Shown here: positions 38,212 to 51,188 of the stretch, in pieces
Layout of the letters: every line of letters begins with the position of its first letter
Position numbering within the stretch: the stretch's first letter is position 1
NCBI GenBank assembly: GCA_024137785.1
Contig: JAHRHZ010000145.1
Location: 22,565,193 to 22,629,192, forward strand
DNA length: 64,000 nt
Reading direction: 5' to 3'
DNA from: Ginglymostoma cirratum
Lineage: Eukaryota
Translations under genes and position numbers: made by a program
The notes under the pieces: generated by a model
Seen by the model: the letters and a program-made list of their open reading frames with translations, nothing else
Database searches by the model: none
Told to the model about the DNA's origin: nothing

Positions 38212-39309
38212 GTGAGTTCCACTTTCTTTCGCCAACCCCACCTCCCTGTCCGTGCAACCTCACAACCCCTTCACCACCCCACGTTCCCCGCCACCCCCAC
38301 CAACCCCCATCCCCCTCCCCAACTGCGGGCATTAGGTTACAGCCTCAGCACCCCAGCGGGAGACTCGAACAATCTGACCACAGCCAAATTGCCTGGCTTA
38401 GACCTCTCCGCTCCTGACACACGGCCCGAGGCAGAGTTCTGCACATCCAGTTGTCTGGCACATCCTGGGCAGTGAGGACACAGAACGGAGAAATTCTCCT
38501 CGAAACTGCTGGATAGAGAGAGGGAAACGGGCTACAGCGCCAACTGCTCCTGCTAAAGCAAAACAGTTGTTAAAAGTTGGATGTGAACTAAGAGAGATAG
38601 TGACAGAAACATCAGATACGGTTACGATGTCACATTAAAAAAACACTTTAATCTTTCCGAGCGGGCTATGTATGACCAGGGCTTGATGCAGCCAAATAGT
38701 GTTAATCCCTCAAGTTTAGCAGAAAACAAAAACTGCGCCTCGTCAGAGTTAAATGACCAGACAGTTGTTGGAAGCGTTGTAAAGTTCGTTTAAGTGAAAG
38801 GATTAACATTGTGGCAAAATGTTCGAATCTCACAGGCCATTGCATATTTAACGTGTGTTTAAGTCGATAAAGTCTTATGTATCCTCATCACATTGGCAGC
38901 AGTTGAAATCATTAACTGCAGATTTGTTAAGATATATGCGGTTATAGAAACGGCCGTGGTTAGGGCTAATCGATATGTGTTCCTTGGGCATGTTTAAATA
39001 TGAGTTTGTGAGGATAGCTTCAACGCCGCTTCTACATTTTATTACTGCTGTTCACAACTTTATTTGAAGGTCCCACTGGATAACGGGCATCACGCCTATG
39101 TGTGCGTGTGTGATGCAGTGAGTGTGATCATCCGGGGAGACACTAGCAACGAGAGGTCGGGCGCTGTCATCATAACAAACTTGACACATGCTCTTGTTCT
39201 GCTGACTGTCTCTCCCTCTGTCTGTCTGTCTGTCTGTCTCTTCCCAGGTTTATGCACTCTGCACGGTGACCTGTATGCAGGAGCTCCCACAACAAGCTGC
39301 TGGTGGAGA

Positions 39310-39487
39310 ATGGAAACGAGAAGCGCGAGTCCCCGTCCCTACCCCCGGGACAGCCCGGAACGGAAGAACAACAGCCCCGAAGGCCAAGGTCCACCTCCTG
39401 GTAAGAAGGCCAGGCTGGAGCCGAACGGGAGCCCGACAGACGGAGGCAGGGGGAGATCCAACAGCTCCCCGGTCAAGGCGCTGGGAG
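39310..39487 (+). CDS. SATB2: SATB2 first coding exon (N-terminus with NLS-like basic motif); exon begins at 39248 with 62 nt of 5' UTR
   Basis: Translates [59 protein letters not shown](G), closely resembling the recalled human SATB2 N-terminus [40 protein letters not shown]. Polypyrimidine tract and acceptor ttcccAG end at 39247; strong Kozak context (agaATGG); phase-1 donor G|GTAGGA after 39487. Confidence 0.93.
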
Positions 39488-39524
39488 GTAGGATGCCCCG
39501 TTCGGCGAACTGACAGCGCGGTTC

Positions 39525-39548
39525 CACACACACACACACACACACACA
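39525..39548. repeat. (CA)n microsatellite just inside the SATB2 intron
   Basis: Directly visible, ~40 nt after the donor at 39488. Confidence 0.95.
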
Positions 39549-42500
39549 GGGAGTCAGGGTTCATGTTGATTAAACTTTCTGTGTGCTTGGTGTAGGATTA
39601 CAGGAAGGAGCTCGGCAGATTTCCAGCTCATTGATGCCCTGCCCAGCATGAGTAGTACCTATCACCGCCCCCACCACACATACACACCCGCCCCTTGTTC
39701 ACTACTCGGCAGAAAACGCCAGGCTTTCCCCGGAGGGCCGGCCGCCTGATCCGTCTAATAGGCTCTCAGCAACTTGACTGCTTTCCACCGACACAGCTTC
39801 AGATCCGAGCTGTCTTGTCCCGTCTCCTCGGCTTTCTTTTCATTTTTTGTAATATATAAAAAAAGACGCAGCAGAGGTGATTGGCTCAGAACGTGCTCAC
39901 GCTGAGAGAGAGGGTCGGAGTGCAGCAGATGAGAGCGAACTCCAGTTTTGTTACAGTGGCGCTGAGGGGCAGGAAGGACGGGGGTTACGGTAAAAAGGTG
40001 TTTGCAAAGTAAAAGTGCAGTCCCGTGCCTGCCGAAGTTGTACAAACTGTCCTGAACCTGTAGCTGGGAGCAGGGAGCAGTTCAAAAGCAGGACACAGGC
40101 TCCGTTTAGCTTTGCAACATTCACACCCCACTCCCCAAACCAGGACAGTTACTGAATGCATAGATTAGTTACATCATCCAGGTACTGATGTTAATATCTT
40201 GTCACCGCAACTTCTCCATTTAGCCTTCCGTCAATATCCTTCGAAACACATTGTCGGGTATAAGCAGCTATTTAGAACACCTTACAGTTCTCAATGAGCA
40301 CTGACAGTTGAGTTGAGCAGGAGAAACAACCCCAGCCCCTCTCCTCCCGTCCATCCTACCCGTTACTGTTCAATACAGAGTGAAATGTCTAATGACTGGC
40401 CTACTATCCTTGCGTATCCGATGTACCCGGGAATATCTGTGCGAACATTATTTATTTATTGGGTGGAATCGTTTTTATATATATAGCAGATCAGCAGGTA
40501 TTTCATTCCCATATTTAGAAGTCGAATAGTCGATTTTACTAAAAGCTGTCATTTGAAGCATGAAGTTACGTTTACTGTGCAAAACTAGATCGAGAACACG
40601 AAGTAAATTAAAAGTGAACATTACTTCTGCTAGTCCTGGTGACTGAATAATTGATGCCATCTGAACGCAGAACTCAAAATGTTGTACCAACAAGGCGCCA
40701 GGTCGTTACTGTAATCCCGCCAACGGCCCCGTCTGGTCTTAAAAGCTGCCTAAAATATTATTCCTGCGCGTGTAATATTGTTCTTTGTGAATGTGATCAA
40801 GGAAATTACTAAATCTCCTGTTTGCATGAGTTGTCATTAGGGAGTTTATTTGTTAACAGTTCCTTTATATCTCAACATATCCTTGATAATCCAGGATATT
40901 CAGATGTCTGCCCTGCTGGGTGGCTTTCTTAGTTTAACTGTCGTCCCTGTCAGATGTCTGAACAAGTGAAATGTTGATTTGATCCCACAGTAATGATAGG
41001 TTCAGATCATAGCTTATTAGAGCAACGAAAAGATTACAATCCTGTTGCTCTTAACATTACTCAAGTTAAAAGAAAGAGGAAATAACCTTCATATGTATGT
41101 TTCTTAAAGAATCAAGGTGATTAAGGGAAATAAAGTTACATCCCAAAGTGACAATTTGATCATCAGACTTGGCGAAGGCTAGGTGTATAAATGGCTGGGG
41201 ACTCCCGAATAAGGGAGCTGTTGTGTCTGATGACTGCGCTGTTAAGATGTTTGAACTGACACACTTGCAATGAAAGTATTGACACCGCTGTCCTCTGAGT
41301 TGGGGCCTGCGCGGTATGGATTGTCCTTGCACTTGCGGAGAGGACACGCTTTGTTTTGCGTTGTAAAATGTCGTGGATATTAAAAATGAGCACTTGCAAA
41401 ATCGGCAATAAATATTCACGAGGAACAAAGTGCATGTAAAACTGAGACTCTGTAATCGAAGCCCATTTGTCACTAAAGCATGGTATCACCTACATAGGTC
41501 AATCCAGATCGTCATCTGGCGCAACGTATAAAATAATGGCAAACCAACAAACCTGGCGGATTAGCAAATTGCTAAAGTTTTCTAATCAAACGTAGGGGCT
41601 TGTATACTGTCAGGCTACAGTGAAGTTTGGTTTAAATACAAGTTTATATTTATAGTAGGACCTACCCGCAGAAGGCATTTATTACCTTCCAGCCTGCAAC
41701 AGTTGCCTGCACCTTCCCCAGTCTCATTAGAATGAGAAAAAAAAGAGAATGATTCGAAACCAAAGAACGAAACATTTCCAGGCGCTATATTTAACCCCAC
41801 AACGAAAAAAGGTCTTTTGTTGTATTAAAGTTCATCCCCTTTTAACATTTTCACTCCATAACTAAGGGATCTCTTTGTATTTTGTATCTCAGTGAAGGCT
41901 GTAATTTATGGACTAGGAATACTGTATTGAGCACTTTTTGTAAATTTATTTGCTGAGGATAAAACCTTTATTTGATGAAAATAAAGCCCCACTCATTGAT
42001 TGAATGGAGCACACTCTGCAAACTGAGCGTGGCCAGGAGCAGTAAGTAGTACCGATCTGACTAAGATTACCTATTGCCTCTGATCCGATTTCCCTGTAAG
42101 TTTTACTAACTGACATCTTAAATTGAGTCGATATTTAGAGAAGACTGACCCTTAAAAATCGGACTTACAAAAATGTACATTTACAGTTTAAATTCATCTT
42201 GCCTTTCGTCACTGTCTGTTTGGTAATTTTTTTGTACATTGTTTTCTGAGCAGTGAGCAATCTTGAAAGAATGTGAGCATGTAGGTTAATGAGTCCGACA
42301 CCGTGCGAGAGTTGTACGAACATAGGTTAAAGATACTGTCAGAAGGTCAGCCTACAAAAAACTTAACGTCTTGATTCAGTTTCCTGTACAGACCAGTAAA
42401 ATCAATAATACCGCAAGCCAAATCCTACTCCCAAGCCCTCTGCCAAATTCCATTGTTGGAAAGAGACGTTGTTTAAAACAAAAAGATACAGGAATAAACT

Positions 42501-43077
42501 GACTGAGAAGATTTTGCAGCTGTTTGATTTTCTTTTAAATCGAGGAAACACCCTGATCACTTCACATTAGAGAAATAATTCCTCTAAGCTTAAATTTCCG
42601 GGAAGTGTAACGCGATTTTTGTTTAGTTTGCAGCGGAATCTATCGAGTTTCTGCTTGCTGGAGGATTTTTACATTTCCAGGTCCGTTCTGAGACCGCATG
42701 CACCTCGTGTGCTTGCTTGTGCGCGCTGACAAAGTTACAGAGGAAATTTAAAGCAGTTTTTACTTTTGGTGGTAGGAGAACGAAAAGGTATTTAAAGCGA
42801 TCCCCCCAGTGACTTTTCGAACTTTCTACGGGACTAGGCAAAAGACAGTGGCGGTAGTGCATAGAGCTGTGGTAAACAATAGAGACAGTCTTTTTGAGTT
42901 CTGAAACGTGGTCTGTTTACCAAACCCAAACGGTGTACAGTCAGCATGAATAAACAAGTCAACGAGTAAAATCTACGTCCTGTCAAACAGCATTACCAGT
43001 GGCTGGGCTCTGATCAAGTCTGACTGTTTTCGAAACAAAACTCTATTATTTGAATTTTTTCTTGTCCCCTCGTTCAG

Positions 43078-43254
43078 GATCAACCCTGCCAGTGTTTTGT
43101 GTGGTGGAGCAGTCGGACAATCCTATGGAATGCGAAGGCAAAGAAGAGCATGCCGAGTTTGTGCTGATCCGTAAAGACGTGCTGTTTAATCAGCTCATCG
43201 AGACAGCCCTTTTATCCCTTGGATATTCCCACAGTTCTGCAGCACAGGCCCAAG
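43078..43254 (+). CDS. SATB2: SATB2 second coding exon (start of the ubiquitin-like ULD oligomerisation domain)
   Basis: 177-nt exon, acceptor cgttcAG (43076-43077), donor CAAG|GTAGGA, phase 1 at both ends and in frame with the previous exon. Translates (G)[58 protein letters not shown](G), the SATB-family ULD signature. Confidence 0.96.
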
Positions 43255-45989
43255 GTAGGATCCAGTTTTCTTTACTTGTGTTCTGATTTGGAGGGAGAGG
43301 GAAAAGAAAGAATCGCCATAAAATCCAGAGTCAGAAACTTGCTGTAGACTTAAAAAGCAGAAATTGCAAAAGGGTTGGACAGTCGGTTTGCATTGCGATG
43401 TAAAAATGTCCCAAAATGAGAGTTTGGTCACTGTTTCTGTGAAGTGTAACCTCACAATGGTAACATTCCACAGAACTCATATCAATAGGACCTCAAATGG
43501 TTTGGGGATGACAGTGTTGTAATCGTTACAACACTATTATGTCTTATGGCATCAGAAATCATCTGTTAGTAATTTGATGTGGAAGAGTTACTAATTTTAT
43601 ACTTTTAGTTTGGGAAATAAATGTGCAGTATCACGAACAGCAAGTTATCATGACATTTCACTGAGGCATTTTCGCTTCCCAAAACTTGTGAAATTAAGCA
43701 ATTTGTTTATTGGTGGGTGCATGCGATGTCCAGGAAGGTGCTATGAAATGTTTGCAACCATAGAATGATTCATGTTTTGGAAATAGTCGGTGAGGACTTT
43801 CTGAGAATCCTAAACCCAATGGTGCTGCAGGGCAGGTCAGAATATTTGCAGCCATTGTTCTTTTCCACCACCTTCACATGCCCTTGACCTGCAGTGTCAG
43901 TGTTGTGGCCTGAAGTCATAGTGTGAATGAAATCTGAATGGAGGTTTAGCACTCAACCTAACACAGGAGTAAAAAACCTGTGCTTTGGAATTGTTTGGGG
44001 TCTTAAAAACCAATATATGTAGCACAGATTTGACAGCTGTGGGAAGTCAGACTCCTTATCATTAGTCTAAACACATTTAAAGATGTATTGTAATATTTTG
44101 GGCATTTTGTTTTAATTTTAATCATCTAACTGAAAGTCAAATTTTCCAATTCATTATTACCAGGCTTAAGCACCATTGGTGTAAGAATTTAGCATTTAAA
44201 AATCAATTAAATACATTAAAATGGGATCACAGGTATCAGTCTGTCTACAGAAATACACGCTTTGCTCCTTCACTTTGAGTATTTAATCTGGGCTGGATTG
44301 TGTGGGGTGGTCATTTCATGTACAATTTGTGTTTTTTGATATGGATGGAGACACAATTATGCCATTTGTAACTATTTGCATTAATAGATTGGAAAGCAAA
44401 AATAAAAATACTCACAACAGTACCAATATTTTGGTGGTTGAGGACCTTAAGAGAATTAAAAAACTTCAGTGTACTTCTCTCTGATAGAGCGTGTAATTAT
44501 TTGAACTACAATAGGATTTGAGGCAATCTGTAACTCCAGCAATGATATTTTGGGTGAGCTGATGGACTTTTTGCTGGTCTTGCTGTCTTATGCTCAATAA
44601 AGTACTGATCTGCCATTTTCAGAGCCTGAAATCCAGTCTGGACCCCAACTCAGTTCATCTTAATGAGAGAGTTTCAGGGATTTCACCTGGGTTTCCAGAT
44701 GGAGTTCTCGTCTGGTGTTAGGCTCTCCAGTTTGATGGGAGGAAACCCTAAATGTGGTGAGTCACTGGCTATAGAAGCTGGTGTTCAATGGGCGTTGACA
44801 CCAGCTACATAGGTGTCCACAGCCTCTGTAGTCTGTAGTAAATACTTTCCATTTGTGTAGCAGCTTTAATTAAGTAAATTCACCCAAGGGTCTTCAAGAG
44901 AACATAATCATTGATAAAAATTAACAGAGAACCAAAGAGAAAACATTAGCACGGTGCTTGAAAGTTTGGTTAAAGAGGTAGCCTTCCCTCTTGGAAGAAC
45001 TGTGGATAAGGAGGATAAATGGGGAAAGTTTTAAACAGGGTTTGTGGCCCTGTGCTAGTAAAAGAGATCCACTAATAAGGCTGGGTTCCAAGAAGAATCC
45101 ATCCATTTCCAACCCCATTCCATTCCATCCTAGATATTGGAAGGTCATTTGCTTTTAGAAGATCACATGAAAGAGTATTGGTCATCTTGGGGAGTGAGGG
45201 GTTTTGCCTGGAACGGTACCTTATGCACAGGTTTTGTCTGAAATCTGCATCTCCTCGAGGCCTCTGACCTGCTAGGATTGCCTGGTCCTGACTCAGTTCT
45301 TGACCTTGCTGATATTGGGAACAGTCCACATGGAACAGTTATCTGCAGTGTATTAGGCCAAGAGCTTGGCTGCCTGGACTGACCAACGCTTTCAGCAGGA
45401 GCTTGTTATTGTATTTGCATCCACCTAGATTCCCTGGCTGGATCAGGGTCCCGTTCCAGTTACCCGTGTTTCTCTGCAGATGTGGTGAAAACACAGAATA
45501 CATGTAACCAAGAGTTCAAATAAAGAGTATAAGGGAACAAGCTTACGTTTCTAAAATCTAGTCAATTTGAAGCTTTGATACCTGCCAGTTTATATATTAG
45601 CCTTATGAAACTGATGTCATGCTGAACCAGCTTTATTAAGTCAGCCACTGGATCTTAAATTATGTGGTAATTTTTCAACTTTGTATTGCAGAATGGGGAC
45701 ACCCTTTCTGGTGAGCAGCAGATCAAACATTTGGGTGTGTACTTCACATTTTCCCAAGTGTTAATTAATGTTTGGAGAATTGTGAACAGCACATGCGCAA
45801 ATAGCCAATATGTACTTCCAGTGGACAGGCCTTTAAGGTCAGGGACAAGCTCCAAGACGTATCCTCCTCTGTACTTTATTAAATATGAGCTGTGCTGACT
45901 TAGAGGACAGGCAGAACCAGTCCTGGAGTCCTACAGCTGGTGCTCCATAACCACTGAGCTTTCATATGATTGACTCATCATCTGTTGTG

Positions 45990-46690
45990 AAGATCAAAAT
46001 CCTTGCCTTCTGCATCTCCTCAAGCAGTGTATCCTTATCACTAACTGGTAGCCCCCACATCTTGACTACTGTCTCAGGCTGAACCAGCCTGTTTACAATC
46101 TCAGCAGTCTACTCAACCCAGAACTGTAGGTAACTTCATATTCTGTTTGTCGCAAAGCTGTCTGCATCTACCTCAGCTTATTTGTAATGCAAACCATCAT
46201 CCATTTGTTACCTTCGAACTTGATTATTTTAATGCTGTCAATTCATCCAAAATTTTGCTGCTTACATCCTATCTGACGTTAAGTCTCCATCATTCATTTA
46301 CTTCTATCCTTGCTGACCTGTATTAGTGCCTGATTCCCCAACATCTCAAACTTCAAATTTTCATTGTCCTGTTTGCATCTCTTTGTGGTATTGTTCTCCT
46401 TGACCTCCACCAATACCCCTCCAGAACTCAGTGTTTCTCTGTGTGTTGCCTCTTGTATGGCCTCCATTCCATGGTCCTAGTGTTAGTGGTTGTGCCCTCC
46501 ATTGCCTGGGTCTCATGATTCTGTCTAAAACTCTTTGCCTCCCTCTTCATTTTATGACAGTGCTTGAAATGACTTTTTGATTTACTTTTTGACACCCCTG
46601 TTAATATATCTTTTATTGGTTTGGTATTTAAAAACAAATCATATCTATACGAACCTCTTTGAAACATTTTTCTACAGTAAAGAAAATATT
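45990..46690 (+). mobile_element. Old L2-like LINE 3' fragment
   Basis: catcatccatttgttaccttcgaacttgattattttaatgct resembles the L2 IHAFVTSRLDYCNA motif; a similar fragment lies at ~3010-3330. Confidence 0.55.
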
Positions 46691-47267
46691 GAAATCAACT
46701 ATTTTTTAGATATTTGATTATCTAATGATACACCTTTACCTTGATTTTCACCCTGAATATTTATTTTAAACAAATAGGTGCTAAAGCAGAGTCTAGAAAT
46801 GGGGTTGGAAATGGATGGATTCTTTTTGGAAGTTTTAAGAGTTGTGTTTTATTGAAGGAACTTTGTAGCTATATGTAGCTGTTGTCTTGTTTTAAGATTA
46901 ATTTACATCAAGCCTGGCTGCAGTCAATGTGTTGAAACCCGTAAGGTGTCTTCTTCTGTAAATGCACGATTCACTGTATATCAATATGCTTGTGGTGGCA
47001 CTTGTAGACAAGTCAGGGTTTGGAAATAAAACAAGTAGTGGTGTGTGCGTGATGAGGAGTTTTGATTGCTTTCAAAATTATATTCACATTTGGAGGGAAT
47101 TTCTTTTCAGTCTGCCTCACATACTGCTGCTTCCTAGGCTGCCAATCAGAGGATAGCGTGACATGTTGGGGTTTGTTGGTAAATGCCTCAATTTCCCTCG
47201 ATGGTGTGAGAGGGCCTTAACATACGAAGTAGACTGTATGGTTCCTTGAGCTAGCTTTGCCAATCAA

Positions 47268-48480
47268 TAGGATCACAGCTGATTTGATTATTCCACATTC
47301 CCATCCACCCCCGAAAACTTTTCAGCCCCTTGTTTATCAAGAATCTATCTATCGCTTGTTATAAAATGTTCAGAAACTCTGCTTTCCCCTCACTTTAAGG
47401 TGTAGAGCTCCAAAGATGCGCAATCTAATGTGTGAAAAAACTCCTAATCTTTGTTTTAAGTCAGACATTACTTTAAACAATGATCTCTAGTTCTAGATTC
47501 TCCCACAATAGGAAACATCTTTTGTGCATTTGACCTGGCAAGATTCTTCAAGATCTTATATGTTTCATTCAAGTCACCTCTTACCCTTCTATGCTCCAGC
47601 AGATACAAGCCTGGCTTGTCCAACTGTTCCTCACAAAATCTTTCCCTGAACTGCTTCCAATACATTTACGACCTTCTCTAAATAAAGTGACTAATACTGT
47701 ACACAGTACATTTCCTTACCCTATCTATATTTGTAACTTCTTTGTGTTCTTTTCACAGCTTGCTTTCTTACACATCTTTGCATTATCAGCAAATTTAACA
47801 ACCATACGTTCCACCCCTTCATCCAAGTAGTTTATATAAATTGTAATAAGTTGAGGTCCCAATGCTGATCCTTGTGGCACACCACCCATTATACCTTGCC
47901 AGCCAGAAAAAAGACCAATTTATGCCTAATCTGTTTCTTGTTAGCTAGACATTCTTCTATTAACTCTGATATGTTACCCTGTATCGCATGAGCTTTCATT
48001 TTCTTTGATGTGACGCCCTATCAAATGTCTTTTGGAAATCCAAGTTCAGTGCATTTGCTGATTCCCCTTTATCCACAGCATGTGTTACTTCCTCAAGAAT
48101 TCCAAAAAGTTCATTAAACTTTGCCAACCTGCCCGTTTACCTTGAATTTTTCTAAGTGTCCTGCTATAGCTTCTTTAATAATAGATTGTAACATCTTCCC
48201 TATGACAGATGTTAAGCTAACTGGCCTGCAGTTTCTTGCTTTTCATCTCCCTCCGTTTTTAAATAAAGGACTTGGGTTTGTTATTTTCCATTCTAATGGG
48301 ACCTTTCCAAATCTAAAGGATTTTGGAAAAGTAAAATCATTGCATCAGGACCCGGGACTTGTCAGCCCACTAATTAATCTACAATTAACTCGGTACCACT
48401 CCCCTAGTGATTGTAATTTCCTGAAATTCCTCCCTTCCATTTCCTGGTTTACAGATATTTTTGGGATGTTCGCTATATCC
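47268..48480 (-). mobile_element. CR1 LINE 3' fragment, decayed
   Basis: GLYLLEHRRVRGDLNETYKILK..MFPIVGESRTRDH in ORF 47468-47665 and an LDFQK.FD motif near 48020-48045. Confidence 0.85.
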
Positions 48481-50026
48481 ACTAAAGTGAATAACAACTT
48501 ATTGTTGTCTCCTCACTCTCAAGTTAGCCCCTTAACATTTAGCTGCTCAATGCCTCAGCCTTGGTAGAGGCCAATATTCAAGCCTCGACTCTGATCCTCA
48601 AAATGCTCGCAACCTCATTTGATGATGTAATCACATCCTCACACCAGCATTACTGGAGCTGTCCTGCAACATTGGCAAGTTTCTTTTTCATGGCATGAGC
48701 CCACCGGGAACATGCAATGCATTTGGAGTGAGCACCAATCCAGGAAATTTGATCAAGATAAAGGTGGATAGAGTGGGCTTGGCTGAAGTGCCATCCCATT
48801 GGATTTCTGACCCAAAGAGCAGAATTGCAGCAAGCCATATAGAATGTACAGTACAATAACAGACCATTAACTGCAACTAACAATTTTGTGATTCTAAACT
48901 GATTGGAGTCAGTTGTTGTGCTCTATATGAGACTATTTCAATGTTATCTAACCTCATAATAATTTCTTCTTGATCCTTTCCTCCTTATGTACTTACCTAG
49001 CATCCATTTAACTAGATCCATGATATTTGTCTCATTTCATTCATGCCTTTGCATGTTCCACATTCTAACCATTCAATTTCTCCCTTACCCTCCCCAACTT
49101 AAATGCATGATTCTCCAAATATTTGCCGATTAAAAATATACCCATTAAATAATAATTTTAAACAAATAGCACTCTCATTACAGTTGGCAGCCAGCCTTAT
49201 CATTATCGATTACCTTGCCAATTTATGTGTTGTCTGCAAAATTTCAACTTATGCTCCCCACATGTGGGCCCAAATCATTAATATATATTACATTCAGCAA
49301 GGGACCCAAAACCTGTGGAACACTACTTGAAACCGCTTTCTATTCACAAAAACATCCTGGCCATCACCCTCTGTTTCCCATCACTGAGGCAATTTTGGAT
49401 CCAACTCATCACATTCCCCTGCATCCTATGAACTTTAAGTTTTCATAGCAATCTGCCATGTTGGACCTTGTTAAATGCCTTACTAAAATCCAGGCAGACA
49501 ATATCCACTGTCTACCGGACCATCCTCATCAATCCTCCTTGTTAATAACTCAAAGATTATGTTAAATTAGTAAAACATGACATTCCTTTAACAGCTATTC
49601 ATATTATCCATGATTAATCCACGCCTTTGCAAGTAACAGATAATCCTGTCTCTCAATATTGATTTCAGCAATTTGCCTACCACTGAGGTCAGACTGGCCG
49701 GCCTATAATTATTTGGAATATCCCTTGCTCCCTTTTTGAATAATGATGCAATATTTACAGACCTCCAATCCTTCGGTACCTCGATTGTATCTTGTGAAGA
49801 TTGGGAAATGATCCTCAGAGCATCTCTTATTCCCTACCTGGCTTCCTTTAACAGATTAGCATAAAATTCATCCAGGCCTGGATCTTCCATTGACGCCAGA
49901 CCCTCCAGTGCTTCCCTTGTTATTTTGCTTATTTTATTGAATATTTCATACTCTTCCTCTTTAACTGGAATCTCCACACTATTCTTCTCCTTTGCGAAGG
50001 CAAGAGACAAAATATTTATTTTGAAC

Positions 50027-50191
50027 AGAAACTGCTGCAGAAACTCAGCAGGTCTGGTGGCATCTGTGGAGAGAAATCCGATTTAACTTTTTGAGTCCAG
50101 TGACCTGTCTGAAGGTGTTTCTCCACTGCTGAGTTTCTCCAGCAATCTTTGATTTTTGTTTTAGATCTTCAGCATCTGCAGTTCTTAGTTT
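50027..50191 (+). mobile_element. PLE-terminus palindromic insertion, family B, nested in a CR1
   Basis: Partial inverted arms; 14-bp TSD tatttattttgaac at 50013-50026 and 50192-50205. Confidence 0.82.
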
Positions 50192-51077
50192 TATTTATTT
50201 TGAACCCTGCTCTCATCTTCTGTACCATGTGCAAGTTATCATGTACATATTTAACAGGCCTAATCATTTTTTAAAAGTCATCCTCTTTCTCGTAATGTAC
50301 TGATTAAGCATCTTTGGGTATTGTTTATTTTGACCTGTCAATTTGTTTTATATCTTCTTGCTTTTTTTTGAGGCTATCATAAGTTCTGTCTTTCTGCTTT
50401 ATCTTACCCTCTATGCATCGATATAAGCAGGGGACAGGGGATTCTAGATTTGGTACGACCACCTTTGTTTTTGGGTCAGAACTACACAGTGCCAGTGCCA
50501 GAATCTCACTTCTGAATGTGTCTTATTGATTTGCCATTGAGTTTTTTTCAAGAATCTGTAACAAGTCCACTTTTGCCAGATCATCTCTCGCTTTGTAAAG
50601 TTTGCTTTCCTTCAATTTAGAACTTTTATTTCAATTCTATCTTTGTCCCTTTTCATCGTGATGCTGAGTCTGGCTGTTATGATCACTATCTCCAAAATGG
50701 GAACTCACTGCTACTAAGTCCACCTTACCAGCTTCATTCGTTATGATTAAATCTAGAATTGCACCTTCTGCCATTGGGCTTCTTTCACACTGGCTTAAAA
50801 AGTTCTCTTGAAAGCAGTTCAAGAATTTTGTGGCCCCTGTGCATTTCACACAGAATGTATCTGAGCTGATACTTGAATGGCTGAAGCCCCGACTACTATT
50901 CTGCTGTTCAGAGAAGTGCCTTTGCATTTGCTCCTGTGGGTCTATAATAGACACTTAGCAGTATGGCTGTCCCTATTTTATTTCTGACCTCAACCCATAT
51001 GACCTCATTTAATGATTTATTTAGTATAATATGCTTCCTCACAGCTGTAATTTATGATTAGTCAATAATGATACACC

Positions 51078-51188
51078 ATAATGAGGGGACTGTTACGGTG
51101 CAGTGGTAGTACCCATGCCTTTGAGCCAGGAGGTCCTGGTTCAAGTCCCACCTGCTCCAGAGGTGTGTAGCAATGTCTCTGAACAGGT
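51078..51188 (+). mobile_element. Short tRNA-derived SINE nested in CR1
   Basis: A-box-like ggtgcagtggtag and B-box-like ggttcaagtccc; 9-bp TSD tgatacacc (51069-51077, 51189-51197). Related copies at ~51733-51810 (+) and ~59492-59604 (-). Confidence 0.7.

Larger units (their letters stand above)
24620..43300. promoter_or_regulatory. Large CpG-rich, transposon-poor domain over the SATB2 5' end (methylation-valley-like)
   Basis: By eye, CG dinucleotides are frequent from ~24.62 kb to ~43.3 kb and rare outside. Only a 52-bp PLE fragment and the end of one CR1 remnant were recognised inside. CpG observed/expected was not computed. Confidence 0.75.

Noticed and set aside
24815-38475. Numerous 60-130-aa ORFs in the CpG-rich domain
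   Set aside because: No recognisable homology or consistent splice structure; expected by chance.
51084-51160. tRNA gene (also the tRNA-like heads at 11230, 21780-21854 and 22010-22084)
   Set aside because: A/B boxes are present but there is no convincing cloverleaf, and each continues into a SINE body.
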